Positions 8,549 to 18,026 of a stretch of DNA of 63,828 nucleotides are shown one piece after another. The stretch is from contig JBJMII010000085.1 of the NCBI GenBank assembly GCA_045806925.1, forward strand, positions 1 through 63,828. Reading direction: 5' to 3'. This stretch comes from Mycobacteriales bacterium. Lineage in GTDB: Bacteria > Actinomycetota > Actinomycetes > Mycobacteriales > CADCTP01. A program made the translations under genes and the position numbers. The notes under the pieces are model-generated. The model made no database searches, had not been told where the DNA came from, and was given only the letters and a program-made list of their open reading frames with translations. The stretch's first letter is position 1. Every line of letters starts with the position of its first letter.

Positions 8549-9508
8549 CTAGCCCTTCTCGGCGCCGCTGGTCAGACCTTCGACCAGCTTGCGCTCAGCG
8601 AAGAAGAAGAGCACCACGATCGGCACCGTCAGCACCACCGCGCCGGCCATCAGGATGGTGCTCGGCACCTCGATGCTGCCGGACAGCCGGCTCAGCCCGA
8701 GGCTGACCGTCCACTTCGACGGCCGCTCGAGCAGGAAGAGCAGCGCGAACAGGAACTCGTTCCAGGCGATCATGAAGACGTACAGGCCGGTGGCGGTGAC
8801 CGAGGGGATGGCCAGCGGCAGGCTGATCCGGCGCAGCACCCCGAGGTGGGTCAGCCCGTCCATCAGGCCGGCCTCCTCGAGGCTCTCCGGGATGGTCTCG
8901 AAGTAGTTGCGCAGCATGTAGATCGCCACCGGCACCGTCTGCGCCACGTACACCAGGCCCAGGCCGGTCAGCGACCCCCGCAACCCCAGCCGGGTGAACA
9001 GCACGAAGAGCGGGATCGCCAGCACCATCGGCGGGAAGAGGTAGACGATCAGGAACATCCCGCTGATGAGCTTCCGGCCGCGGAAGCGCAGCCGGCTCAC
9101 CGCGTACGCCCCCGGGATGGCCGCCAGCAGCGTCACCAGCATGGTGACCAGCGCGACGAAGCCGCTGTTGCGCAGGAAGGTGAGGAAGCCCTGGCCGCCC
9201 TCGGCGCTCGACTTCAGCACCGACCGGTACGACCCCGCGGTGAGCTCCGACAGCGATACCCAGATCTTGCCGGGGTCGAGCACGACCTCCTGGATCGGCC
9301 GCAGCGACAGCACGACCATGTACCAGAACGGCGCCACGGTGACGAGCACCAGGAACCCGATCGTGAGGATCCGCAGGGTGCCCCAGACCCGCTCCTCGAT
9401 GCTGAGCTGCCGGCGGCGGCGCCGGCGCCCGGCAGCCGGGGCCCGGCGGGCCTCCTGCGCGGCCGGCGCGGTCCCGGTCTGCGTGACCGTCACGTCGGGG
9501 GTGCTCAC
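8549..9508 (-). CDS. Carbohydrate ABC transporter permease (MalG-like)
   Basis: IPESLEEAGLMDG EAA loop; AWNEF. Confidence 0.93.
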   Translation of the reverse strand: MSTPDVTVTQTGTAPAAQEARRAPAAGRRRRRRQLSIEERVWGTLRILTIGFLVLVTVAPFWYMVVLSLRPIQEVVLDPGKIWVSLSELTAGSYRSVLKSSAEGGQGFLTFLRNSGFVALVTMLVTLLAAIPGAYAVSRLRFRGRKLISGMFLIVYLFPPMVLAIPLFVLFTRLGLRGSLTGLGLVYVAQTVPVAIYMLRNYFETIPESLEEAGLMDGLTHLGVLRRISLPLAIPSVTATGLYVFMIAWNEFLFALLFLLERPSKWTVSLGLSRLSGSIEVPSTILMAGAVVLTVPIVVLFFFAERKLVEGLTSGAEKG

Positions 9509-10470
9509 CGGGCCGCCACCCGCTCCGCGCGGCCCGCGGCCCGCAGGTAGAAGGCGATGAGGCCGACCAGCACCAGCGCGAGCACGACCGCCTGCGCGGC
9601 GGCGAGGCCGACGTTCTTCTGCGCGGTCAGGAACTCGTACACCCGCACGCTGATCACCTCGGTGCCGGCGCCGCCCCCGGTCAGCAGGTAGACGTCGTCG
9701 AACTTGTTGAAGGTGAAGATGAACCGCAGCACCACCAGCAGCGCGATGACCGGCATCAGCTGCGGCAGGGTGACGAACCGGAAGCGCTGCCAGGTGGTGG
9801 CGCCGTCCATCCGGGCCGCCTCGTCCAGGTCAGCGGGGATCGCCTGGATCCGGGCCACCAGGAAGAGGAAGGCGAACGGGAAGTAGCGCCACGCCTCGAA
9901 GACGATGACGGTCAGCAGCGCGGTCGGCACCGGGATGCCGAGCAGCGAGCTGCGCTCGGTGGACAGGAAGGCGATCGGCTCGTTCCAGCCGAGGAGCTTC
10001 GTCCCCCAGGCGTTGACGATGCCGTACTGCGGGTTGAGCGCGACCGTCCAGACGAAGGTCGCGGCCACCACCGGCGTGATGTACGGCAGCAGCATCACCG
10101 CCCGCACCGCACCCCGGCCCGGGAACGGCCGGCGCAGCGCGAGCGCCGCGACCAGGCCGAGCCCGATCGAGCTCACCGTCCCGCCGACGGTGTAGAGCAG
10201 GGTCGTCCACAGCGAGTCCCAGAAGCCCGGCGAGGTGAAGACCCGCTGGAAGTTGGCCAGGGTGTAGTTGCCGACGATGCCGGCCCGGCGGATGTTGAGC
10301 AGCCGGATCCGCTGGAACGCCAGCAGGATCGCCCAGCCGATCGGCAGGATCACCACCGCCAGGACGATCAGCACCGTCGGGGACAGCAGCAGCCGCCCGG
10401 TCCGGGCCTCCTGCTGGCGCAGCGTCCGCCCGGACCTCCGCTCGGCCCGGTCGGTCGCCGCCGGCGTCAC
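9505..10470 (-). CDS. Carbohydrate ABC transporter permease (MalF-like)
   Basis: IPADLDEAARMDGA; GTGA overlaps with both neighbours. Confidence 0.93.
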   Translation of the reverse strand: MTPAATDRAERRSGRTLRQQEARTGRLLLSPTVLIVLAVVILPIGWAILLAFQRIRLLNIRRAGIVGNYTLANFQRVFTSPGFWDSLWTTLLYTVGGTVSSIGLGLVAALALRRPFPGRGAVRAVMLLPYITPVVAATFVWTVALNPQYGIVNAWGTKLLGWNEPIAFLSTERSSLLGIPVPTALLTVIVFEAWRYFPFAFLFLVARIQAIPADLDEAARMDGATTWQRFRFVTLPQLMPVIALLVVLRFIFTFNKFDDVYLLTGGGAGTEVISVRVYEFLTAQKNVGLAAAQAVVLALVLVGLIAFYLRAAGRAERVAAR

Positions 10471-11882
10471 TTCAGACCCTTTTGGATCTCCTCCACCGCC
10501 TTCTGCGCGGCCTGGGCCGCCTGCGCCGCGTCGCCCTTGCCGTTGACCAGGTCGCTGAGCGCCTTCGGCACCGGCAGCGGGCCGAGTGTCGCGCCGACCA
10601 GGTCACCCTGGCCCTGGGTGAGCCCCCACCGGTTGAAGGTCTCCGGCGACTCCTGCACCGCCTTGAGCACGTCCGTGCCGTAGAACTGGGACAGCGGGGC
10701 CTTGGTGTCCACGCCGGCCTTGAGCCCCTCCCAGGCCTTGAGGTACGACGTGTCGCCCGGCTTCGGGCCCTGCCGGGTCGGCACCTTGCCCTCCGGGGCG
10801 ATGGCCAGCCAGTCGACGTACTTGTCGGACATCATGTACTTGATGAACTGCCCGGCCGCGTCCTTCGGGGCCGCCGAGGTGGCCGCGAAGGACACGATCT
10901 CGCCGTAGAGCGACGGCTGCTGGCCGTCCGGGCCCTTGATCGAGGTGACCACGCCGCTGTTCTTCGCCAGCCAGGCCTTGTCCGCCTTGCACTGGGCGCA
11001 GCTCGGCAGCGCGTCGTTGCGCAGCCCGGCCAGCTCGTCGAGCAGGAAGGACGACCAGATGATCATCGCGGCCTTGCCGGCGAAGTAGGTCGCCCGGGTG
11101 GAGTCGACGTCCTGGTTGCCGCGGACCGAGTCCTCCCGGGCCAGCCTGCCGTACAGGTCGAAGGCCTGGACGCACTGCGGCGAGTCCAGCGTCACCTTCT
11201 TGTCGGCGCCGACCATCTCGCAGCCGTTCGCCTGGGCCAGGTACTCGAAGGTCTGCTGGGTGAACGAGTCACCCGGGGTGGTGGCCAGCGTGATGCCGGC
11301 GATGCCGCCCTTGTTCAGCGTCTGGGCGGCCTTCTCGATCGTCTCGTACGTCGTCGGCGGCTGCAGGCCGGCGGCCTGGAAGAGGTCCTTGCGGTAGACC
11401 AGCAGCTGCGCCCAGCCGTCGCTGGGCACCGCGAGCTGCTTGTCGCCGTCCTTGGTCAGCTCCAGGCTGCGGGCGGCGAACGTGTCCTTGCCGAGCTCGT
11501 CCACCACCTGGCCCGCGATCTCGGTGTTGAGCAGGTCGTTGGAGGCCAGCGAGCGGACCTGCGACAGCGGCAGCGCGGCGATGACGTCGGGCAGGTTGTC
11601 CGCCGCCGCGGCGGAGGTCACCAGCTGGTCGAACTGGTCCTCGGCGACCGCGACCACCTCGACCTTGACGCCGGTCTTGGCGGTGAAGTCCGCGGCCATC
11701 TTCTTCTGCGCCGCGACCCGGTCGGCGACGTCCTCGATGGTCCAGACCTTGAGCGACTTCGCGCCGCCCGTGCCGCCCTGGTCGCCGTCGCCGCCGCTGC
11801 TGCACCCCGCCGCGGCGAGGAGTGCCGCGGTGGCCAGTGACACGATGGCCAGGAGCGTTCCCATCCGCTGTCCCGATCGCAT
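10467..11882 (-). CDS. Carbohydrate ABC transporter substrate-binding lipoprotein
   Basis: Lipobox LAAAGC; LPDV and LVYRKDLF SBP motifs. Start may be 11864. Confidence 0.92.
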   Translation of the reverse strand: MRSGQRMGTLLAIVSLATAALLAAAGCSSGGDGDQGGTGGAKSLKVWTIEDVADRVAAQKKMAADFTAKTGVKVEVVAVAEDQFDQLVTSAAAADNLPDVIAALPLSQVRSLASNDLLNTEIAGQVVDELGKDTFAARSLELTKDGDKQLAVPSDGWAQLLVYRKDLFQAAGLQPPTTYETIEKAAQTLNKGGIAGITLATTPGDSFTQQTFEYLAQANGCEMVGADKKVTLDSPQCVQAFDLYGRLAREDSVRGNQDVDSTRATYFAGKAAMIIWSSFLLDELAGLRNDALPSCAQCKADKAWLAKNSGVVTSIKGPDGQQPSLYGEIVSFAATSAAPKDAAGQFIKYMMSDKYVDWLAIAPEGKVPTRQGPKPGDTSYLKAWEGLKAGVDTKAPLSQFYGTDVLKAVQESPETFNRWGLTQGQGDLVGATLGPLPVPKALSDLVNGKGDAAQAAQAAQKAVEEIQKGLK

Positions 11883-12100
11883 CCGGGGTCCTCGCTTCCG
11901 ACGTGCCGGCAGGGTCTGGGTCGGGCACCGGACACATCAGACGGCACCCGGCCGTCGATGACAAGTAACGATCCGATACGCGGGGTAGCCCGCTCGGGTG
12001 TTCGCTTTCTACTCCGACCGGCTCGGTAGGCGGCCGCCGGTGGGCCCGATGGCCGAAGGGGCCGCCGGGCCGCGCCCGGCGACTCCCCGGGCCCGCCGGG

Positions 12101-12271
12101 TCAGCGCACCCGCGTGCCGGCGCGCCGCTGGGCGACCTGCTCGCGGACGTGCGCGATCTTCGCCCTGCCCTCCGGGCTGCGCACGTAGTCCCTGGCCTGC
12201 TGGATCATCCGCCGGCCCTGCGGGCTGGCGGCGAACGCCGCGAGCGCGGCGAACATGCCCTTCTTCCGCAT
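12101..12271 (-). CDS. Small basic hypothetical protein (56 aa)
   Basis: MRKKGMFAALAAFAASPQGRRMIQQARDYVRSPEGR...; strong RBS AGGAGG. Confidence 0.7.
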   Translation of the reverse strand: MRKKGMFAALAAFAASPQGRRMIQQARDYVRSPEGRAKIAHVREQVAQRRAGTRVR

Positions 12272-12321
12272 CGGTGTCCTCCTGCTGTGGGGTCGGTGTC
12301 CGGGGGTCGGTCGTCCCCGTT

Positions 12322-13569
12322 CTACCCCGTCCCGGCGCCGGCACGACCACGGCGCAGCGCCCGGCCGGCCAGCCCGGCCGCGAGCACGCCGGTACCGGCC
12401 AGCACGCCGGCCACCGGCAGGCTCGCCGCGAGCAGCAGGCAACCGGCCACCCCCACCGCGGCCAGCGGCCGGGTGCCGGCCGGGCGGGGGGCGTCCAGGG
12501 TCCACGCGGCCGCGTTCGCGATCGCGTAGTAGACCAGCACCGCGAGGCCGGAGAAGCCGAGCGCGGTGCGCAGGTCCACGACCGCGGCGGTGACCGCGAC
12601 CACCGCGCCGATGACCAGCTCCGCCCGGTGCGGGACGTGGTGGCGCGGGTGCACCGCGTCCAACCAGGCCGGCAGCTCCCGGTCCCGGGCCATCGCCAGC
12701 GTCGTCCGGCTCACCCCGGCGAGCAGGCTGAGCAGCACGCCGGCGGCGGCGGCCACGGCGCCGAGCCGGACCAGCGGCGCCAGCCCGTCCAGCCGGCCGG
12801 CGGCCACCGCGTCGCGCAGCGGCGCGGTGCTCCCGGCGAGCCGGTCCGCGCCGAGCACGAGCAGCACGCCGACACCGACCAGCGCGTAGACGCCGACCAC
12901 GAGGCCGAGCGCGGTCGGCACCGCCCGCGGGATCACCCGGGCCGGGTCGCGCACCTCCTCCCCCAGCGTGGCCACCCGGGCGTACCCGGCGAAGGCGAAG
13001 AACAGCAGCCCGGCACCCTGGAGCAGCCCGTACGGCCCGAGGTCGACCGGGTGCAGCCGGGCCGGGTCGGCCGCGCCGCCGGCCAGGCAGCCGACCACGA
13101 CCAGGGTGAGCGCGAGCAGGGTGACCGCGACGAGCACCCGGGTCACCCCGAGCGTCCGGGTGACGCCCAGCCAGTTCACCGCGGTGAGGGCGAGCGCGGC
13201 GGTCACCGCGACCGGCCGCGGGTGCGCCGGCCACGCGTACGCCCCCACCGTCAGCGCCATCGCCGCGCAGCTCGCCGTCTTGCCCACCACGAAGCCCCAG
13301 CCGGCGACGAACCCCCAGGCCGGGCCGAGCTGCCAGCGGCCGTAGACGTACGTGCCGCCGGCCCGCGGGTGCACCGCGGCGAGCCGCGCACTGGACGTGG
13401 CGTTGCAGTACGCCACCCCGGCGGCGATCGCGAGCGCGACCGGCAGGCCGGTCCCGGCGGCCCGGGCGGCCGGCGCGAAGGCGGCGAAGACCCCCGCACC
13501 GAGCATCGACCCGAGCCCGAGCACCACCGCGTCCCCGAGGCCGAGCCGCCGACGCAGTGCCCCGGTCAC
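12322..13569 (-). CDS. APC family amino-acid permease
   Basis: LRRRLG..GSMLGAGVF, AGGTYVYG, FFAFAGY..LGEE; many TM segments. Confidence 0.92.
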   Translation of the reverse strand: MTGALRRRLGLGDAVVLGLGSMLGAGVFAAFAPAARAAGTGLPVALAIAAGVAYCNATSSARLAAVHPRAGGTYVYGRWQLGPAWGFVAGWGFVVGKTASCAAMALTVGAYAWPAHPRPVAVTAALALTAVNWLGVTRTLGVTRVLVAVTLLALTLVVVGCLAGGAADPARLHPVDLGPYGLLQGAGLLFFAFAGYARVATLGEEVRDPARVIPRAVPTALGLVVGVYALVGVGVLLVLGADRLAGSTAPLRDAVAAGRLDGLAPLVRLGAVAAAAGVLLSLLAGVSRTTLAMARDRELPAWLDAVHPRHHVPHRAELVIGAVVAVTAAVVDLRTALGFSGLAVLVYYAIANAAAWTLDAPRPAGTRPLAAVGVAGCLLLAASLPVAGVLAGTGVLAAGLAGRALRRGRAGAGTG

Positions 13570-13777
13570 CCGGTCATCCTCCCGCGCCGTCGGGCGACCA
13601 CCGCGATGTGGCCGGCCCGGGACCTCCGAGCCCGCGAGGAGGAACCCGGCACGTCGCTGGACGAGCGCGCGGACCAGCGCGACCAGCCGCACCGAGCTGC
13701 CGCGCCGGGGGTCCGGGAGCCGCCCACGGGACGAATCCGGTGGCGGCCGGCGGGACGGGACTGGGACAGTCCGCGCC

Positions 13778-14821
13778 ATGGACGCGTTCGCCCGGCTCGA
13801 CGCCCGGCTGCGGGAATGGGCGGAGCAGCGCGACTACTCCGGCATCGCGCGGATCAGCCGCGGCGCCGGGGTGGACTTCGAGGGCTGCTACGGGCTGGCC
13901 AACCGGGCGGACGGGGTGCCCGTGCACCCGGGCACCCGGTTCGGGCTCGCCTCGTTCACCAAGATGTTCACCGCGGTGGCGGTGGCCGACCAGGTCCGGG
14001 CCGGGCGGGCCGGCCCGGAGGGATTCGGCACCCGGGTGGTCGACATCCTGCCGGCCCAGCGCCGGCCGTCCACCCTGCTGCCCGAGGTCACGCTGCACCA
14101 CCTGCTCACGCACACCTCCGGCATCGCGGACTACGCGGAGGAGGAGGGCGACGCGGCGGTCGACTACGCCGACCTGTGGGTCGAGCGGGCCTGCTACCGG
14201 ATGCGCCGCCCGGCCGACTTCCTGCCGATGTTCGGCGACCTCCCGCCGTACCGGCCACCAGGCGGCCGGTGGCGCTACTCCAACGCCGGCTACGTGCTGC
14301 TCGGCCTGGTGATCGAGGAGCTGGCCGGCCGGCCGTACGCCGACGTGGTCGCCGAGCGGGTCTTCGGCCCGGCCGGGATGGCGGCCAGCGGCTTCTTCCC
14401 GCTGGACGAGGTGCGGCCGGACCTGGCCATGGGCCAGCTGCGCCCGGCCGAGCCCGGCGGGCCGTGGCGGACCAACATCTACTCGGTGCCGATCGTCGGC
14501 GGCGCGGACGGCGGCGCCTGCTGCACGGCCGCGGACGTGGACCGCTTCCTCCGCCGGTACGACGACGGCACGCTGCTCGGCCGGGAGCTGACCGACACCA
14601 TGCTCACCCCGCGGGTACCCGTCGAGCGGGGGCTGGACATGGGCTACGGCGTGCTGATCCACGCCGACCGGTGGGGGCACGGCGGCGGCGACCCCGGTTT
14701 CGAGATGCTGGCGCACCGGATGCCCGCGCAGGACGCCGCCGTGGTCGCGCTGTGCAACGTCAACGGCCTCGCGGGCGAGGTCCGCGACCTGCTGGTCGAG
14801 ACCGTGCACGCCACCGCCTGA
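13778..14821 (+). CDS. Serine hydrolase, beta-lactamase/PBP fold
   Basis: SFTK (SxxK), LLTHTSG, YSN, HGG. Confidence 0.9.
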   Translation: MDAFARLDARLREWAEQRDYSGIARISRGAGVDFEGCYGLANRADGVPVHPGTRFGLASFTKMFTAVAVADQVRAGRAGPEGFGTRVVDILPAQRRPSTLLPEVTLHHLLTHTSGIADYAEEEGDAAVDYADLWVERACYRMRRPADFLPMFGDLPPYRPPGGRWRYSNAGYVLLGLVIEELAGRPYADVVAERVFGPAGMAASGFFPLDEVRPDLAMGQLRPAEPGGPWRTNIYSVPIVGGADGGACCTAADVDRFLRRYDDGTLLGRELTDTMLTPRVPVERGLDMGYGVLIHADRWGHGGGDPGFEMLAHRMPAQDAAVVALCNVNGLAGEVRDLLVETVHATA

Positions 14822-14875
14822 GCCGCGCCCCGCACGTCGGACCGCGCGGCCGTCCACCGTGGGGCCCCGACACGG

Positions 14876-15586
14876 TCAGTACGGGCGGCGGGTGAGGCTC
14901 GCGTGCACCATCTCGGTGAGCGTGACGATGTCGAAGACCGGCAACCCGGTCCGCGCCTGCATCGCGTGCGCGAAGGGCACCAGGTCGGTGCACTCCAGCA
15001 GCAGCGCGCCGACCGCCGGGTCGTCCGCGACCAGCTGCTCGGCCCGGCCGAGCACCTCCCGCCGCAGCCGGTCCACGTCCAGCTCCGACCGCCGGGCCTC
15101 CAGCATGACCTGGCGGAACTCCGGCTGCTCCGCCATCCCGGCGACCGCCACCGGGACGTCCTCGGCGCCGACCGCGCGCAGGTGCCGCGGCGTCAGCGAC
15201 GGCCGCTTCGCGGTGAGCACCCCGACCTTCTGGTCCGGCCGCAGCATCCGGTGCACCATCGGCAGCTGCACCAGGCTGGACGTGTAGAGCGGCACGCCGA
15301 CCGCGGCGGCGAGCTCCCGCTGGAACAGCACCAGGAAGCCGCACCCGGTGGTGATCGCGCCGACGCCCTGCGCCTCCAGCTTGCGGGCCGCCGCGGCGAA
15401 GGGTTCCAGCAGCGCCGGGTCGGCCTGGGTGACCACCCGCTCCGCGGTCGCGCCGGCCACCACCTCGTACACCACCGGGAAGCCGAACGTGGCCGGGTTG
15501 CGGATGTGCCCGGGGATCTTGGTGAACGAGGTGTCCAGCCCGATGACCCCGATCGCGACGTCGGGCTGCCCGCCACTCATCTCCAC
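14876..15586 (-). CDS. Aspartate/glutamate/hydantoin racemase family protein
   Basis: TTGCGF and LLECTDL two-Cys motifs; LPVFD. Confidence 0.85.
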   Translation of the reverse strand: MEMSGGQPDVAIGVIGLDTSFTKIPGHIRNPATFGFPVVYEVVAGATAERVVTQADPALLEPFAAAARKLEAQGVGAITTGCGFLVLFQRELAAAVGVPLYTSSLVQLPMVHRMLRPDQKVGVLTAKRPSLTPRHLRAVGAEDVPVAVAGMAEQPEFRQVMLEARRSELDVDRLRREVLGRAEQLVADDPAVGALLLECTDLVPFAHAMQARTGLPVFDIVTLTEMVHASLTRRPY

Positions 15587-16911
15587 CGTCCCATCGCGAC
15601 CATCCTCTTCGGACGGCCCGGGCCGCGCCGGGCGGAGCCGAACCGGCCGAGCCGGAACGGCGCCAGGTCCAGCTCCGGCGGCTCACCGGCCACGATCCGG
15701 GCAACCACCTCCCCGGCCGCCGGCGCCAGCCCCATCCCGATCGTCCCGTGTCCACAGGCGACGGTCAGGTTCCGGTACGGTGCGGCGCGGCCGAGGAAAG
15801 GGATGCTGTCCGGCGTGCACGGCCGGAAGCCCCGCCATACCTCGACGATCTCGGTCCGCTCCAGGCTGGGCAGGAACTCCCGGGCCGTATCGAGCAGGCC
15901 GTCCACCCGCGCCCGGGAGAAGGTACCGTCCAAACCGGACAGCTCTAGGCTGCCGGCCAGCCGGAGCCGGTCGCCGAGCGGCGCCATCGCCACCGTCCCC
16001 TCGCCGAGCAGCACCGGCCGCCGCGGCGCGTTCGCCGGCATCCGCACGGTCACGCTGTAGCCCTTCACCGGCTGCAGCTCCAGGCCGACGCCCAGCCGGC
16101 GCGCGAGCTCGGTCGTCCAGCTGCCGGCCGCGAGGACCGTCTCGGCCGGCCGGAAGTCGCCGCGGGTGGTGCGCACCTGCCGCACCCGCTCGCCGGCGAC
16201 GTCGAAGTCGAGCACCTCGGTGAACGGGTGGATCTCGACGCCCCGGTCGGCGAGCAGGCTGGCCAGCTCGACGGCGAAGGCCGGCGCGTGCACGGCGCCG
16301 CCCTCGGGGTTGTAGAGCGCGCCGTGCACGGCGAAGTCCACGCCCGGCTCCAGCGCGGCCAGCTCGCCGGCGCCGAGCACCCGCAGCGGCACCCCGTGCG
16401 CGGCCGCCCGCGGGACGGTCCGGGCGGCCGCCTCGAAGCCCGCCGCGGTCCGGAAGGCGAGCACCATGCCGTCCTCCGTGAAGGTGGCCGCCAGGCCGCC
16501 GGACCCGGCCGGCGAGCAGAGCTCCCGCAGCATCGCCAGGCTGCGCTGCTTCAGCTCGACCAGCACCCGGTAGCCGGCCGCCGCGGTCGGCTCGTCGCAG
16601 GCCCGGCGGAAGTGCCACAGCCAGGACAGCAGCTCCCCGTCCCGGCGCAACCGGACCGACAGCGGGCCGGCCGGGTCGAGCAGCCGCCGGTACCGACCAG
16701 GGCCGCCGCCGGCCAGCTCCGCCGGCTGCGCCAGCGGCGCCGCGCCCTGGGCGCCGACGAAGCCGGTGTTGCCGGACGAGCAGGACTGCGGGCCGCCGAC
16801 CGGGCCGCGCTCCAGCACCGCGACGCCGATGCCGCGGCGGCGCAGGTGGTACGCGCAGAACAGGCCGGCCACCCCGGCACCGACGATGAGCACCTCCGGG
16901 TCGGGCGGCAC
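15577..16911 (-). CDS. FAD-dependent D-amino-acid dehydrogenase-like oxidoreductase
   Basis: GAGVAG, SSGNTG, PVKGYS, GFRPCTPDSIP, GHGTIG. Confidence 0.88.
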   Translation of the reverse strand: MPPDPEVLIVGAGVAGLFCAYHLRRRGIGVAVLERGPVGGPQSCSSGNTGFVGAQGAAPLAQPAELAGGGPGRYRRLLDPAGPLSVRLRRDGELLSWLWHFRRACDEPTAAAGYRVLVELKQRSLAMLRELCSPAGSGGLAATFTEDGMVLAFRTAAGFEAAARTVPRAAAHGVPLRVLGAGELAALEPGVDFAVHGALYNPEGGAVHAPAFAVELASLLADRGVEIHPFTEVLDFDVAGERVRQVRTTRGDFRPAETVLAAGSWTTELARRLGVGLELQPVKGYSVTVRMPANAPRRPVLLGEGTVAMAPLGDRLRLAGSLELSGLDGTFSRARVDGLLDTAREFLPSLERTEIVEVWRGFRPCTPDSIPFLGRAAPYRNLTVACGHGTIGMGLAPAAGEVVARIVAGEPPELDLAPFRLGRFGSARRGPGRPKRMVAMGRWR

Positions 16912-16913
16912 GT

Positions 16914-17003
16914 CTAGCTGCTCACGACGGAGAAGTCCGTCGGCCGGGCGACGACCTCGGCCATCGCGCCCTCGACGAGGTCGGCCCGGGCCGCCGCCGT
17001 CAC
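16914..17003 (-). CDS. Possible 29-aa coupled peptide
   Basis: GTG overlaps the methyltransferase stop (GTGA); TAG ends 2 nt before the next start. No homology recognised. Confidence 0.25.
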   Translation of the reverse strand: MTAAARADLVEGAMAEVVARPTDFSVVSS

Positions 17004-17914
17004 CGGGCCGCCCCCCGGCCGGCCGGCTTGCGGGCGACGATCATCCCCCAGCCGAACTCGCCGTCCGCGATGGCGATCTGCAACTGCTTGCAGGACTCGG
17101 CGAAGGCGAGCATCCAGTCCCGGGCCGCTGCGGTGTCCACTGTGGACGTCGTGTCGGCCGGGTCCGCTGTGGACGCTGTGGACGCTGTGGACACGATGGA
17201 CTCCGCCCGCTCGGCGGCGGTGCGGCCGAGCACCCGGTAGGTCTGCTTGAGGTGGGAGGCGAGGTCGAGGCCGAGCACGATGTCGAAGCCGGCCTGCTCC
17301 AGCGCGGCCTGGTAGCCGGCCAGCGAGTAGCCGCCGTTCCACCGGACCCGGTCGTAGACGTGCTTGCGGGCGCGCTCGCTCACCTCCTGCTTCGGCTGCA
17401 GGAAGTCGGAGAAGGCGAACAGCCCGCCGGGCCGCAGCACCCGGAACACCTCGCGGTGGGTGGTCGGCTTCTCCGGCACCAGGAAGAGCGCGTCCTGGCT
17501 GACCACGTGGCTGAAGGTGTCCGGCCTGAACGGCATCCGGGTGGCCGAGCCGTGCCGGAACTCGACGTCCAGCCCGCCCGCGCCGGCCAGCTTCCGCTTC
17601 GCGAAGGCGATCCGCTCGCTGCTGAGGTCCAGCCCGACGCCGCGGCAGCCGAAGCGCTGGGCGAGCTCGATGAGGAAGTTGCCGCACCCGCAGCCGACGT
17701 CCAGCACGGAGGACGAGCTGTCGATCTCCGCGTACTCGGCCAGGATCTCCGACGTCCGTGCGGACGCGGCCCGGTAGTCCTCGTCCCGCTCGCCGGTGAA
17801 GTAGCCGGTGTGCAGGACGCCGTCGGCGTCCCAGAAGCTCAGGTACGTGCCCAGGGTCTCGTCGAAGAAGGCCTCGACGTCCTGCTCGGTGTAGGTCTGG
17901 CTCGCCGTCGTCAT
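17000..17914 (-). CDS. Class I SAM methyltransferase (glycine/sarcosine N-methyltransferase or sterol-MT like)
   Basis: LHTGYF, VLDVGCGCG, RVLRPGG; RBS AGGAG. Confidence 0.88.
   Translation of the reverse strand: MTTASQTYTEQDVEAFFDETLGTYLSFWDADGVLHTGYFTGERDEDYRAASARTSEILAEYAEIDSSSSVLDVGCGCGNFLIELAQRFGCRGVGLDLSSERIAFAKRKLAGAGGLDVEFRHGSATRMPFRPDTFSHVVSQDALFLVPEKPTTHREVFRVLRPGGLFAFSDFLQPKQEVSERARKHVYDRVRWNGGYSLAGYQAALEQAGFDIVLGLDLASHLKQTYRVLGRTAAERAESIVSTASTASTADPADTTSTVDTAAARDWMLAFAESCKQLQIAIADGEFGWGMIVARKPAGRGAAR
17139..17192. repeat. In-frame 9-bp repeat inside the methyltransferase
   Basis: GCTGTGGAC x3 (17166-17192) plus a variant at 17139; encodes STASTASTA. Confidence 0.8.
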
Positions 17915-17934
17915 CGCCCGGCTGCTCCTGTCTC

Positions 17935-18025
17935 GGGTCGGTCTGAGGGTCGGTCTGAGGGTCGGGCCTGAGGGTCGGTCCCAGGGTCGGGTCGGGGGGT
18001 CGGGTCCGGGGTCGAGGTCCGGGGG
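17935..18025. repeat. Degenerate 12-bp tandem repeat
   Basis: GGGTCGGTCTGA x2 followed by decaying GGGTCG-led copies. Confidence 0.75.
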
Positions 18026-18026
18026 A

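Noticed and set aside
13778..14821. Beta-lactam resistance gene
   Set aside because: No signal peptide; the motifs are shared by generic esterases and peptidases of this fold.
11998..14895. 965-aa plus-strand ORF
   Set aside because: Shadow of the APC permease and serine hydrolase.
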